A stretch of DNA of 64,000 bases from Chitinophaga pinensis (GTDB lineage: Bacteria > Bacteroidota > Bacteroidia > Chitinophagales > UBA10324). Below, piece by piece: positions 18,506 to 28,502 of the stretch. The stretch lies in the NCBI GenBank assembly GCA_945903305.1, contig CAMDOA010000007.1, positions 1,027 to 65,026 on the forward strand. The letters run 5' to 3'. Within the stretch, counting starts at the first letter, position 1. Each line of letters starts with the position of its first letter. Both the position numbers and the translations under genes were made by a program. The notes beneath the pieces are model-generated. The model was not told the origin of the DNA. It worked only from the letters and a program-made list of their open reading frames with translations, and searched no databases.

Positions 18506-19318
18506 ATGCTTCCACAAATTCCATTACTAAAAAATACTGACAGCAATAACTTTTTTTTAATGGCCGGTCCATGTGTTGTGGAGAATGATGAAATGATTTT
18601 TCAAACTGCAACTAAGCTAAAAGAAATTTGTGCGCGATTAAAAATTCCACTCATCTTCAAATCATCGTATCGAAAAGCAAATCGTTCATCAGTCAATTCA
18701 TTCACCGGAATTGGTGATGAAGCAGCTTTAAAAATTTTAGGGAAAGTTCGTGAGCAATTACAATTGGCAATCGTTACTGATATTCATGAAGCACACGAAG
18801 CTGCCATTGCTGCTGAGTTTGTGGATGTGTTACAAATTCCTGCATTCCTATGCAGACAAACCGATTTAATTATTGCTGCTGCTAATACAGGCAAGGCAGT
18901 GAACATTAAAAAAGGACAATTTCTTTCAGCCGCTTCCATGAAACATGCAATTGATAAATGCATGGAAGCTGGGAATAGAAATGTTTTTTTAACAGAGAGA
19001 GGAAATTCTTTCGGTTATTCTGATTTAGTAGTTGACTATCGCAATATTATTGAAATGCAAAAACTGAATGTGCCTGTGGTTCTTGATTGCACACATTCTG
19101 TTCAACAACCTAATAATGCATCAGGAGTTACAGGGGGTAAACCTGAGTTTATTGAAACCATATCCAAAGCTGGAGTGGCGGTTGGTGTTGATGGTTTGTT
19201 TATTGAAACTCATCCGAATCCATCCATTGCAAAATCAGATGGAACAAATATGCTGAAGCTCGATATGATAGAACCGCTGCTTGAAAAATTATTGAAAATC
19301 AGAAGAGCAATTGTTTGA
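18506..19318 (+). CDS. kdsA: 3-deoxy-8-phosphooctulonate synthase
   Basis: 270 aa with FKSSYRKANRSS, IPAFLCRQTDL and FLTERG. Confidence 0.9.
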   Translation: MLPQIPLLKNTDSNNFFLMAGPCVVENDEMIFQTATKLKEICARLKIPLIFKSSYRKANRSSVNSFTGIGDEAALKILGKVREQLQLAIVTDIHEAHEAAIAAEFVDVLQIPAFLCRQTDLIIAAANTGKAVNIKKGQFLSAASMKHAIDKCMEAGNRNVFLTERGNSFGYSDLVVDYRNIIEMQKLNVPVVLDCTHSVQQPNNASGVTGGKPEFIETISKAGVAVGVDGLFIETHPNPSIAKSDGTNMLKLDMIEPLLEKLLKIRRAIV

Positions 19319-19342
19319 TTATATTTCCTGAAATTAATTCTC

Positions 19343-20410
19343 ATGAAAAGAATTTATTTGATTTTTGTATTCCTATTCTACTTTAATTTTTCATTCTCAC
19401 AATGTGTTGGATCAATAGTTTTAGTGTCAAATCCACTTCCTGATTCATTAGGTTGTTTTGCTCAAGGAACAAGTGTCACTTTTAATTTAACAGTAAATGG
19501 ATATGATTCAACGGCTTGGTTTGAAGGATTAAATATTAATTATGGTAATGGTTGGGACATAAATTCATTACAAACAATTTCTCCGGGTAATTCAAACAAT
19601 GGCAATGGAGCTTGGGAATTTTATAATTCTTCAGAAATATATTCTTCGTGTGAAGTATATGGTATTGGATTTTACTACGACATTTTTGATGCTTTTGGTT
19701 TTTTAGATGGCATACCAGGAAATGATTATGGTGATTTTAATTTAACAGGTAATGGTAACTGGACTTTCTCCTGGAGTATTTTTGTAGATTCATTAGCCAC
19801 CAATACTTCTTTGAATGGAAACATCATTCTAATTGGTTATCCTGCAAACACTTCGTTTTGTGAAAGTATTATTTCAATGAATTCAATTCTTGATAGTTCA
19901 GCATGTCATGCTGAATTTTCAATGGCAGGTTCTTTTTTTTCAGAAGATTCAATTCAATTTTCAAATAATTCCTTGGGAAATTTTAACAACATACTTTGGA
20001 GTTTAGGTGATGGAACAACTTACTCTTCTAATAGTTTTATTCATTCTTATTCTGATTCAGGAATATTCAATGTTTGCCTTTTACTTTCTGATTCAACAGG
20101 ATGTTCTGATTCTGTTTGTACCAATGTTAGTATTTGTCCATCTCAGATAAATTCAATTAATAATATTTCAGAAAATCAAATTGAATTATTTGTTTATCCA
20201 AATCCGGTTTCAGATATATTAAATTTAATTATTCCGTTAAGAAAAAAAACTGATTGCGTGATCTTTGATATTCTTTCTTCAAAAAAGTATCTTTTAAAAA
20301 TAAATAAAGGAGAAAATAAAATTGATGTTTCAAAGTTACCTTCAGGAATTTATTTCATTAAACTATTTAACAATCAAGATTCCTTTGTCAGCAAATTTGT
20401 GAAGGAATAG
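19343..20410 (+). CDS. secreted protein with PKD-like domain and T9SS C-terminal sorting domain
   Basis: Signal peptide; PKD-like WSLGDGTTYSSNSFIHSYSDSGIFNVCLLLSDSTGC; C-terminus VYPNPVSDILNL...LPSGIYFIKL. Confidence 0.8.
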   Translation: MKRIYLIFVFLFYFNFSFSQCVGSIVLVSNPLPDSLGCFAQGTSVTFNLTVNGYDSTAWFEGLNINYGNGWDINSLQTISPGNSNNGNGAWEFYNSSEIYSSCEVYGIGFYYDIFDAFGFLDGIPGNDYGDFNLTGNGNWTFSWSIFVDSLATNTSLNGNIILIGYPANTSFCESIISMNSILDSSACHAEFSMAGSFFSEDSIQFSNNSLGNFNNILWSLGDGTTYSSNSFIHSYSDSGIFNVCLLLSDSTGCSDSVCTNVSICPSQINSINNISENQIELFVYPNPVSDILNLIIPLRKKTDCVIFDILSSKKYLLKINKGENKIDVSKLPSGIYFIKLFNNQDSFVSKFVKE

Positions 20411-20570
20411 ATTCGGAAATTTGACAACTATAATTGAATGATTAATTTTAAAAAAGAAGGATTTTATTGAATTATCATAAAATTTGCATCATTTATTCAA
20501 CTTTAAATCTTTTTTAGAATCAATTCGTTACGAGGGTTTGAATATTTAAACACCATTCAAATTCAAACTA

Positions 20571-21485
20571 ATGAAACATCAAATGATTGCTTTAAAAAAG
20601 TTTTTTTGTATTGCCGTTTTGTTGTGTAGTACAAATTTATTGTTTGCCCAACCTTACACTGATTTATTAATCCTGCGGGTTCAATACTTTCCCGGCAGTT
20701 CTTATTTAACTGAATCAAACAGCAAATTGGAAGTAATGCAGTACGATGCAGCTTTCTTGCTTCCGATGGTTCAGAAAAATAAAGATGTGATTTTGTTTGG
20801 TGGCAACTATTCACAGTTAAATTTTCATTCAACCGGCCAAACGAATCAAAAAAAATATTTATACAATACGGGTTTAGCTGTCGGTTACGAAAAGCATTTT
20901 AAAAATGAAAAGTGGAAAGCACTTTTATTGACTCTTCCAAAAATTAATTCAGATAAAATTTCATTTGAAGAAAATAATTTTCAAATGGGTGGTTTGTTGT
21001 TGTTTAATTTTAAGAAAAGTGAAAAATTAAAGTATCATTTCGGCTTGTATTACAATAAAGAATGCTTTGGAGATTTTCTAATGCCTTTGCTTGGTATTGA
21101 ATGGAAACCAAATGACAAATTAAATATCTGGGGAGATATGCCTGCCAACTTAAATGTCGAATACAAACTCGGAAAAACTATGTATGCAGGTGCTTCCTAT
21201 TTATCCATCACTGGTTCATACAATATTTCAAATGCATCAGAAAAACTGTATGTGCGCGATGGTGATAAAAGTTTTGGTCACAATCAGGTAAAAGCATTTG
21301 TTAATTGCTATTTAACAAAAAACATAGTGTGGTTTGCTGAAGGTGGTCGAACATTTGGTCGTATGTATCAGTTGTATAATGGAAACAATGAATTACAGAA
21401 TTCAGATTTTGTGTATCGCCGGAATCTTGATGGCTGGTTTGCCAATACCGGAATCGCATTTCGTTTCAGAACCGATTCAGAATAA
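20571..21485 (+). CDS. putative outer-membrane beta-barrel protein
   Basis: Signal peptide (LLFAQ), alternating hydrophobic strands, and an aromatic C-terminal strand (TGIAFRFR). The family assignment is uncertain. Confidence 0.5.
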   Translation: MKHQMIALKKFFCIAVLLCSTNLLFAQPYTDLLILRVQYFPGSSYLTESNSKLEVMQYDAAFLLPMVQKNKDVILFGGNYSQLNFHSTGQTNQKKYLYNTGLAVGYEKHFKNEKWKALLLTLPKINSDKISFEENNFQMGGLLLFNFKKSEKLKYHFGLYYNKECFGDFLMPLLGIEWKPNDKLNIWGDMPANLNVEYKLGKTMYAGASYLSITGSYNISNASEKLYVRDGDKSFGHNQVKAFVNCYLTKNIVWFAEGGRTFGRMYQLYNGNNELQNSDFVYRRNLDGWFANTGIAFRFRTDSE

Positions 21486-21510
21486 AAAAATTTTATTTTT
21501 AAATAAAGAA

Positions 21511-21540
21511 AGCCGGTCAAACAAATTTGTTTGACCGGCT
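21511..21540. terminator. bidirectional rho-independent terminator
   Basis: Perfect 13-bp stem (agccggtcaaaca / tgtttgaccggct) with loop aatt. It has A/T runs on both sides and lies between convergent genes. Confidence 0.8.
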
Positions 21541-21563
21541 TTTAATTTTAATCAGATTATTAT

Positions 21564-22328
21564 TTACAGGTAACCATTCTCTCGAAGAAAGGTAGCCACA
21601 ATTTTCCGAACACTTTGCGATGGAGCCACTGCAAGTTGGGTAGTTTTATTATCAGAATAAGTTAAAATCATTGCCTGATCAGCATCGTCTATTTTATATT
21701 TTGCCTGAGCCACTTTTGTTCCATCTTTTTTATACCATTCGGTTTCGTGCCACAAGATTTTATCCTGATAGTATGATTTTACTAATTTCCATTCACCTAT
21801 TTTCATTAAATCCTGACTAATTAATTTATCGGCTACAATAATTTCTGAATTGCTTTTGGTTTTTGGTTTTGTTTCAACAGTTGTTTCAGTTGTGCTTGAT
21901 GTGCTTCCACCGTTGTTGTTAATAAAATTTTCTTCCCGGTTTGCAGGCACATCGTTATTCACAAATAAATCATTATTCACTAGGAGCATAGGGAATTTTT
22001 CTTCGTCGGTAATACTCAACTTAACACTTTTTCCGTCCTTCATAAACTTAAAAACATAAGCGCCCATTAATGAGATTTTGGTATCCCACTTTATATAAAT
22101 CAGTTCTTCACCACGAATATTTTTTACACTGTAATCGGGATGATACTCATTCACTTTTATTTCCTTCATTAAACAATAAGGAGTTCCCTTACTGTAAACT
22201 GTGTCGTCTAAGTAAACAACAGGGTCAGCATTCACTGCTTTCAATCTTTTTTCTCCGGTTAAAGTTTTTTGAGCGAAAAGGTTTGCAGAAATAAAAACAA
22301 GCAGGATTGAGTAAATTAGTTTTTTCAT
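21564..22328 (-). CDS. secreted hypothetical protein
   Basis: 254 aa with a signal peptide (ANLFAQK). No recognisable motif. Confidence 0.6.
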   Translation of the reverse strand: MKKLIYSILLVFISANLFAQKTLTGEKRLKAVNADPVVYLDDTVYSKGTPYCLMKEIKVNEYHPDYSVKNIRGEELIYIKWDTKISLMGAYVFKFMKDGKSVKLSITDEEKFPMLLVNNDLFVNNDVPANREENFINNNGGSTSSTTETTVETKPKTKSNSEIIVADKLISQDLMKIGEWKLVKSYYQDKILWHETEWYKKDGTKVAQAKYKIDDADQAMILTYSDNKTTQLAVAPSQSVRKIVATFLRENGYL

Positions 22329-22372
22329 GATTAATTATTTTGAAATTCAGTTGCCGAAAATAATGCCAAAAT

Positions 22373-24313
22373 TTATTGGGTGGAAATAACAGTGAATTCC
22401 GTTCTCCGGTTTTTAGCGCGACCATCATCTGTATCGTTTGTTGCAACTGGTTTTGTTTTTCCATAACCTTTGTAGCTCAGTCGTGTGACAACAGTTCCGG
22501 TTTTTACCAGGTAATCATATACTGACTTGGCGCGATTCTCTGATAATTTATTATTCGATTCATCACTGCCAACATTATCGGTGTGTCCGCCAATTTCAAT
22601 TTTCATTGCCGGATTGTCTATTAACAACTGTACCAATTTATCCAACTCAACCGTTGATTCCTTTTTCAATTCAAATGAATTTGTTTCGAAGAAAATATTA
22701 TTTAACACCACTCGCTCACCAATTTTCACTGGTTGTAATTGAATATTTATTTTAAATGGTTCGGTTGGATTGTGTTCTGCTAACGAAAAATTTTCAGATT
22801 GAAATAAAAATCCGGTCTTTGAAACATTCAACGCATAATTTTTTCCTGAGGGAATAGATATTAAATATTCACCTGATGAAGCATCTGAAGAAAAACTGTT
22901 TATGATATTCCCTGTTTCTAAATCAATCAGTTGAACATCTGCATTTAAAAATTCACCGGTTGATTGATTGGTAATTATACCTTTCAAATAAGTAACCGGA
23001 ATTGGTTTTGCGCTCTCAGGCAAATCGAAATAAAACAAATCGAGATCACCTTTTGCATTTTCTTTTTCACGACTGTAGTACACATGTTTTCCATTCAGAC
23101 TTACAGTAAAACTGTTTTCTTCCACTTTAGTATTTATCGGATAACCCAAATTTATTGGCTCACTCCATTTTCCAGTTGATTCTTTCCTGCAATAAAAAAT
23201 ATCGGCGCTTCCCATTCCCGGATGCCCGAAGCTGCTGAAATACAATGTTTGCCCATCGGAATGAATAAATGGCGTTTGCTCTTCGTACTTTGTATTAAAT
23301 GTGGTGCCGAGATTTACCGGCTTCGTCCATTTTCCTTTCACATCTTTTATTGTCATCCATAAATCACTACCCCCATATCCACCCGGGCGAGTGCTTACGA
23401 AGTACAAAGTTTTTCCATCAGCAGAAATACTTGGCTGTGTTTCCCATGCAACAGAATTTATTGTGGGACCTAAATTTTCAGGCACGCTCCATTTTCCGTT
23501 TTTGCGTTTTGAATAATAAATATCTACACTTCCAAAACCACCTGAACGGTTGGAGGCAAAGTACATTTCGTTACCAAGATTAGTAATTGACATGGCACCA
23601 TCCTGTTGCGGCGAATTCAAATCGCCTCCCATATTTCTGGCAACTGACCATTTACCATTTACATATTTCGTGATATAAAAATCTTCGTTCCAGTCTTTTC
23701 CGTCAGGGTCCTTGCGCATGAACACTAAAGTATTTTCATCGGCGGTAAGAGAGGGAAATAATTCCTGATACTGTGTGTTAATACTATCCCCCAAACTAAC
23801 GGGATTAAAAGGAAGCGGATGTTTCACCGCTTCAATAGCAAATCGTGCATTCGATAAAATGTGTTTTGAATTTTCAATCCACTCTGGCGGTAAATTTTGA
23901 AAATTTAAAAATTTAGTGAGTGCCTTTATCACATATTCATAATCATTCAGATTCCAATAACTTTCTGCGACAAAATAATATGCACTTGCGCGAGCATCTG
24001 CTTTCAAATTAATTGAAGTTTCAAAAGCATTTTTTGCCTTTTCAAACTGCTTCGTTGCATTATATAACTCGCCAAGTATTAACCATGCATCGATGAATAA
24101 AGAATCTTCAGCAACTGCTGCTTCAAATGGTTTTATGGCCTCTGCATCTTTGTATTCTTTCAACAATTCTTTTCCATCCGCATAATACTTCAATGCTTTT
24201 TTAGTAGCAGTATTCAGGTTGTGATATTCCTGTGCGCTGCACTTCGATGTACTAAGTGTGACACTAATTATGAAAAGTGAAAAAGTAAAAACTAAAATGA
24301 TTAATTTCTTCAT
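22373..24313 (-). CDS. OmpA-family protein with N-terminal TPR and TolB-like (PD40) repeats
   Basis: Signal peptide and TPR-like region. Repeated segments include DGKTLYFVSTRPGGYGGSDLW and DGQTLYFSS. The C-terminal OmpA domain reads FFETNSFELK...GHTDNVGSDESNNKLSENRA...NRRTEF. Confidence 0.85.
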   Translation of the reverse strand: MKKLIILVFTFSLFIISVTLSTSKCSAQEYHNLNTATKKALKYYADGKELLKEYKDAEAIKPFEAAVAEDSLFIDAWLILGELYNATKQFEKAKNAFETSINLKADARASAYYFVAESYWNLNDYEYVIKALTKFLNFQNLPPEWIENSKHILSNARFAIEAVKHPLPFNPVSLGDSINTQYQELFPSLTADENTLVFMRKDPDGKDWNEDFYITKYVNGKWSVARNMGGDLNSPQQDGAMSITNLGNEMYFASNRSGGFGSVDIYYSKRKNGKWSVPENLGPTINSVAWETQPSISADGKTLYFVSTRPGGYGGSDLWMTIKDVKGKWTKPVNLGTTFNTKYEEQTPFIHSDGQTLYFSSFGHPGMGSADIFYCRKESTGKWSEPINLGYPINTKVEENSFTVSLNGKHVYYSREKENAKGDLDLFYFDLPESAKPIPVTYLKGIITNQSTGEFLNADVQLIDLETGNIINSFSSDASSGEYLISIPSGKNYALNVSKTGFLFQSENFSLAEHNPTEPFKINIQLQPVKIGERVVLNNIFFETNSFELKKESTVELDKLVQLLIDNPAMKIEIGGHTDNVGSDESNNKLSENRAKSVYDYLVKTGTVVTRLSYKGYGKTKPVATNDTDDGRAKNRRTEFTVISTQ

Positions 24314-24930
24314 TAGTCTATGTTCATGTATTTATGAATCTGTAACGAAATTTCCCATTGCGGATTGCGCTTGACAAAATCAATAATCAAAGGAGTCATT
24401 TTATCCGCATTGCTCCACTCGGGTTGCAAGTAAAGTTTGCAATTCGTTGAAACCAATCGAGCATATTTTTCAGCAAATTCAAAATCACTTTGATTGAAAA
24501 CAATAACCTTCAATTCGTTTGCCACATTATAAATTTCAGTCAGTGGCTCTTTAAATTTTTTTGGTGAAAAACAAATCCAATCCCATTCTCCGGTTAGCGG
24601 ATGTGTTCCGGAAGTTTCCAAATTTAATTTTTTACCCGATGAATGTAATTGTGAAGTTAGTGATTCAAGATTGTGCATCAAGGGTTCGCCACCAGTTATT
24701 ACTACAAGATCAGATGGAAACTGAATAGTAGCAGCAACAATTTCTTCTATAGAATATTTTTTATGTGCATCAGCATCCCAACTATCCTTCACATCGCACC
24801 ACACACATCCAACATCACATCCTCCCAAACGAATGAACACAGCAGCATGCCCCTGAAAAAATCCTTCTCCTTGTATGGAGTAGAATTGTTCCATTACCGG
24901 AAGTAAAATGGAAATAGAATTTGAATTCAT
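24313..24930 (-). CDS. queE: 7-carboxy-7-deazaguanine synthase (radical SAM)
   Basis: YSIQGEGFFQG and the CxxxCxxC cluster CDVGCVWCD. Start moved to the ATG at 24928-24930. The stop overlaps the OmpA-family start by 1 nt. Confidence 0.85.
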   Translation of the reverse strand: MNSNSISILLPVMEQFYSIQGEGFFQGHAAVFIRLGGCDVGCVWCDVKDSWDADAHKKYSIEEIVAATIQFPSDLVVITGGEPLMHNLESLTSQLHSSGKKLNLETSGTHPLTGEWDWICFSPKKFKEPLTEIYNVANELKVIVFNQSDFEFAEKYARLVSTNCKLYLQPEWSNADKMTPLIIDFVKRNPQWEISLQIHKYMNID

Positions 24931-25239
24931 TTTATTTTTGGTTAAAGGAAAGACTTTTGAGGTTCTGATGATTATTAAAAACAATTTCGAAAAAAATGGC
25001 TCGGAAATTTACCTGATTAAATAAACTGTACAGGTTGCATATTTTCCGGTTTCTTACTGGCAATTTTTCATCAATCATCCTTAATAGATGAGAGCACTTT
25101 TTTTGTAAGGTGATAATTTCAGTTAACATTTTTCTAATTGAATTTCAAAAAAAGATTGGAATCGTTCCACGCATTGGTTCATTAAACAATCTTGCATCGC
25201 TCGAATTTTTCTAAAACCACAAAACAACATTTCATTGCA

Positions 25240-25902
25240 TCATTTTCGCTTTGCCGGAAACAGTGAGGCAAATACCAAATCTTCTAAAAACGCGATTACT
25301 TTTCGGTCATCTTTTATGCCTCCAAAATCGGTTAACGCAGGAAGATTGCGCATAAAAAAATTTTGATAATGCGCCATCTCAATAATAGTGCTTGAAAGTG
25401 ACCTTGGAAATTTATATTTTGGATTGCACTCGAGAATAATAACTGCTATGGCCGTGCAAAGGTCTTTATAAGGTTTAAACAATCGCTGCTTATTGTCATC
25501 AGTAACATGCCTTGTCAAGTAGGCTTTAGCACCCTCCATTCGCACAATTTCGTGCAACAACTGTTCATCTACATGCTTGGTTTGCACATCATCTTTAACC
25601 TGAGTGGCAAGTATCTCAATAATTTTTTTAAGTTTTATTTCAGGTGAACTGATATTATTTGTATGAACCATTACTTTGTATTCAAGCCAACTCCAGTACC
25701 AGGAAACTATGTAAACAAGCAAGCGGTGTTTGTTTTCAAAGTAGCGATAAATGCCCGCTTCTGTAGTTCCGATTTTTTCAGCTAATTTTTTAAATGTAAA
25801 CAATTCGAATCCTACTTTGTGAATGAGCACAATGCTATTCAGAATAATTTGTCTGCCAAGGTCTGTTTCTTCCGGATTGCGAAGAAAAAGTTTTTCGTTC
25901 AT
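25240..25902 (-). CDS. TetR/AcrR-family transcriptional regulator
   Basis: N-terminal HTH FTFKKLAEKIGTTEAGIYRYFENKHRLL. Start placed at the ATG at 25900-25902, because the longer track ORF would translate the operator-like repeats. Confidence 0.85.
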   Translation of the reverse strand: MNEKLFLRNPEETDLGRQIILNSIVLIHKVGFELFTFKKLAEKIGTTEAGIYRYFENKHRLLVYIVSWYWSWLEYKVMVHTNNISSPEIKLKKIIEILATQVKDDVQTKHVDEQLLHEIVRMEGAKAYLTRHVTDDNKQRLFKPYKDLCTAIAVIILECNPKYKFPRSLSSTIIEMAHYQNFFMRNLPALTDFGGIKDDRKVIAFLEDLVFASLFPAKRK

Positions 25903-25983
25903 TTTAATTTGTAATGATAAATTCATAAGCTGCTTGCTATTATGATGAATTTTAAAATCTGTGCGAATGTAAATATTTTTATG

Positions 25984-26041
25984 TGATAGTAATACTATCA
26001 AAAAAAATATTAATGCTATCAATATAAATATTAATACTACA
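25984..26041. promoter_or_regulatory. candidate TetR operators: 17-bp perfect palindrome plus three 21-bp-phased TAATrCTAyCA sites
   Basis: TGATAGTAATACTATCA at 25984-26000. Direct copies are taatactatca (25990), taatgctatca (26011) and taatactaca (26032). All lie in the divergent TetR / carbonic anhydrase spacer. Confidence 0.5.
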
Positions 26042-26067
26042 TTTGGCGCGAATCAAAATCAAAGCAA

Positions 26068-26757
26068 ATGTTAAATTTTAAGAACACCACTCTGGTACTC
26101 AGCATGAGCCTAATCATTGCTTCTTGCGGTCAAACCAAAACTGAACCGGTTGAAAGCGAAATGGCTGTGCATGAGCAAATAACCATTAACACTCCGGACG
26201 ATGCCTTGTCAGAACTCAAAAGAGGAAATCAACGATTTGTTGACGGGAAGTTGACTAACACCAATTACAAAGCGCAGATTGAGCAAACGAAAGCAGATCA
26301 GCATCCTCACTCGTTAGTTCTTTCGTGCCTTGATTCACGCATTCCACCAGAAATTATTTTTGATCAGGGAATCGGAAATATTTTTGTAGCCCGCGTGGCA
26401 GGTAATGTAGAAGACCCGAATATTTTAGGCAGTATGGAATTTGCAACCAAAGTAAAAGGAACAAAACTTATTGTTGTGATGGGCCACAATCACTGTGGCG
26501 CTGTTAAAGGTGCTGTTGATGATGCGGAATTAGGAAACCTTACTCAACTTGTAGATCAGATTAAGCCGGCCTTTACCGGCGATACATCAAATATTGCGTT
26601 GTTGCTGGATGAAACATCAAAAAATAATGTTAAAACAACCATTGAGCATATTGTAAAAGATAGTCCGGTTATAGCTGAATTGATTAAAGAAGGCAAAGTA
26701 AAAATTGTTGGTGCTTATTATGATATCACCAAGGGGCAAGTCAGTTTTTTTGAATAA
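26068..26757 (+). CDS. beta-class carbonic anhydrase, lipoprotein
   Basis: Lipobox LIIASC. The zinc-ligand motifs are SCLDSRIPPE and GHNHCGAV. Confidence 0.9.
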   Translation: MLNFKNTTLVLSMSLIIASCGQTKTEPVESEMAVHEQITINTPDDALSELKRGNQRFVDGKLTNTNYKAQIEQTKADQHPHSLVLSCLDSRIPPEIIFDQGIGNIFVARVAGNVEDPNILGSMEFATKVKGTKLIVVMGHNHCGAVKGAVDDAELGNLTQLVDQIKPAFTGDTSNIALLLDETSKNNVKTTIEHIVKDSPVIAELIKEGKVKIVGAYYDITKGQVSFFE

Positions 26758-26802
26758 AACAATAATGAATTTTGAAATTAATAGTTAAAAAAAAATAAAA
26801 CA

Positions 26803-27660
26803 ATGGAAATACATGATTTAAATAATGCAGAAGATTCAATTCGGAATGCATTGAAAAAGGGGCCACTAAGGACACTACTAATTATCGGAGTTATGTTCAT
26901 AGTCTTATTACTATTCAAGCCCTGGGTTCAGATTGGTGCAGGACAAAGAGGGATTGTTCTGAATTTCGGTGCTGTTCAGGATAAGGTATTGAATGAAGGG
27001 CTGCATTTCAAAATACCTATTATGCAACAGGTTGTCTTAATGGATGTCAGGGTCCAGAAAGCGCAAACGGATGCATCGTCAGCATCATCCGATTTACAGG
27101 ATGTGACTTTATCGGTTGCGCTGAACTATCACATTATGCCCGACAAGGCAAATGTGGTTTATCAAACCATCGGGACAGAATTTAAAGAGCGGATTATTGA
27201 CCCTGCAATTCAGGAGGTAACAAAAGCTGTATCAGCAAAGTACTCGGCAGAAGAACTTATCACCAAGAGACCTTCTGTAAGCACTGCTATGAAAGATGCG
27301 CTCAGCGAAAAACTCATGGCCTCAAACATTGCCGTTGATGCAGTTTCAATTGTCACATTCAGTTTCTCGAAAGTATTTATGGATGCCATTGAAGCCAAGC
27401 AAACAGCAGAGCAACATGCATTAAAAGCAAAGCGAGACCTTGACAGAATTAAGATTGAGGCAGAACAAACAATAGCAGCAGCTACTGCAGAGGCAGAGGC
27501 ATTACGATTACAGAAAATGAATATTTCACCAGACTTAATTGAATTGAGAAAAATTGAGGCGAATCTCAAAGCAATTGATAAATGGAATGGAATTCTTCCG
27601 CAGGTTACGGGCGGTGGTGCTATTCCATTTATTGGAGTAGATGAATTGAAGAAAAAATAA
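26803..27660 (+). CDS. SPFH/band-7 (prohibitin-like) membrane protein
   Basis: N-terminal TM helix, an SPFH core (QRGIVLNFGAV...GLHFKIP) and a C-terminal Ala/Glu-rich coiled coil. Confidence 0.85.
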   Translation: MEIHDLNNAEDSIRNALKKGPLRTLLIIGVMFIVLLLFKPWVQIGAGQRGIVLNFGAVQDKVLNEGLHFKIPIMQQVVLMDVRVQKAQTDASSASSDLQDVTLSVALNYHIMPDKANVVYQTIGTEFKERIIDPAIQEVTKAVSAKYSAEELITKRPSVSTAMKDALSEKLMASNIAVDAVSIVTFSFSKVFMDAIEAKQTAEQHALKAKRDLDRIKIEAEQTIAAATAEAEALRLQKMNISPDLIELRKIEANLKAIDKWNGILPQVTGGGAIPFIGVDELKKK

Positions 27661-27685
27661 AAGATTCATTAAATAAATAATCCAA

Positions 27686-27940
27686 ATGATTAGATATATC
27701 ATTCTGATAGTTGTTGCCGGTATTGCAGGAGCAGTTTTAGCAAAGCCAAAAGGACGCAGTCAGCTATTATGGTTTATCCTCTGCGCAATAGTTCCGCTGC
27801 TTGTTGTTGCTATTGCAATGCTTCCATCGGTGGTAGCTAAAGGAATTAACAAAAAATGCCCACATTGTTCTGAGGTAATAAAAGAAAATGCAACATTCTG
27901 TAAATACTGTGGAATGGTAAATCAAAATGAAATACAATGA
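27686..27940 (+). CDS. small membrane protein with C-terminal zinc ribbon
   Basis: 84 aa with two predicted TM helices, then CPHCSEVIKENATFCKYCG. Confidence 0.6.
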   Translation: MIRYIILIVVAGIAGAVLAKPKGRSQLLWFILCAIVPLLVVAIAMLPSVVAKGINKKCPHCSEVIKENATFCKYCGMVNQNEIQ

Positions 27941-28158
27941 AAAATAAAAAATCACGCGACATAGAAAAAGAATATCCGCGCAAACAGTTTATCGCAAAAC
28001 TCAGGCGGCTGGCCGATTCGTTGGAAACAAACAAGCCGTTCAGCATTCAGGTTAAGAATGAACGTCTATACATTCCTGCAAATGCAATTGTAAATATTGA
28101 GCATGAAAGAAACGGTAGTACCGAAGAATTGGAATTTCAACTTAAATTGAAAAAGTAA
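27937..28158 (+). CDS. amphi-Trp-domain-like small protein
   Basis: 73 aa. The pattern FIAKLRRLADSLETNKPFSIQV...LYIPANAIVNIEHERNGSTEELEFQLKLKK matches my memory of the amphi-Trp family. The start overlaps the previous stop (ATGA). Confidence 0.55.
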   Translation: MKNKKSRDIEKEYPRKQFIAKLRRLADSLETNKPFSIQVKNERLYIPANAIVNIEHERNGSTEELEFQLKLKK

Positions 28159-28178
28159 AATGAATTAAAACAAATTTT

Positions 28179-28475
28179 ATGCAAATAGAAATTCAATCCA
28201 TTGACTTTTCTGCTAATCAAGAGCTGAAAAGTTTTGTTTTAGAAAAAGTAAACACACTTGCTCGATATTATAATCAGGTAATTGGCAGTGAAATTTTCCT
28301 TCGGCTTGATAATTCACACACAAAAGAAAACAAGGTTTGCCAGATAAGATTGGCAATACCGGGAAACGATTTGCTGGCCACTGCACAATGCGAAACATTT
28401 GAGAAGGCAATTTTAAAAGTGGTGAAGTTGCTGAAGAGGCAAGTGCAAAAACTAAAAATAAAACAACACAATTAA
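28179..28475 (+). CDS. hpf: ribosome hibernation promoting factor / RaiA family (short form)
   Basis: 98 aa beginning MQIEIQSIDFSANQELKSFVLEKVNTLARYY, typical of the S30AE/HPF family. Confidence 0.8.
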   Translation: MQIEIQSIDFSANQELKSFVLEKVNTLARYYNQVIGSEIFLRLDNSHTKENKVCQIRLAIPGNDLLATAQCETFEKAILKVVKLLKRQVQKLKIKQHN

Positions 28476-28502
28476 AAAGAAAAACAATTAATAAGAAACA
28501 CT

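Noticed and set aside
24931-25239. preQ1 riboswitch upstream of queE
   Set aside because: I could not find the compact P1 hairpin plus A-rich tail characteristic of preQ1-I on the gene strand. Only a loose 7-bp stem with a 31-nt loop is present. A covariance-model scan would be needed to be sure.
25903-26022. Long N-terminal extension of the TetR ORF (track start 26022)
   Set aside because: The extension translates the palindromic and direct-repeat operator-like DNA and adds 40 residues before a normal TetR HTH. The internal ATG at 25902 gives a standard-length protein.
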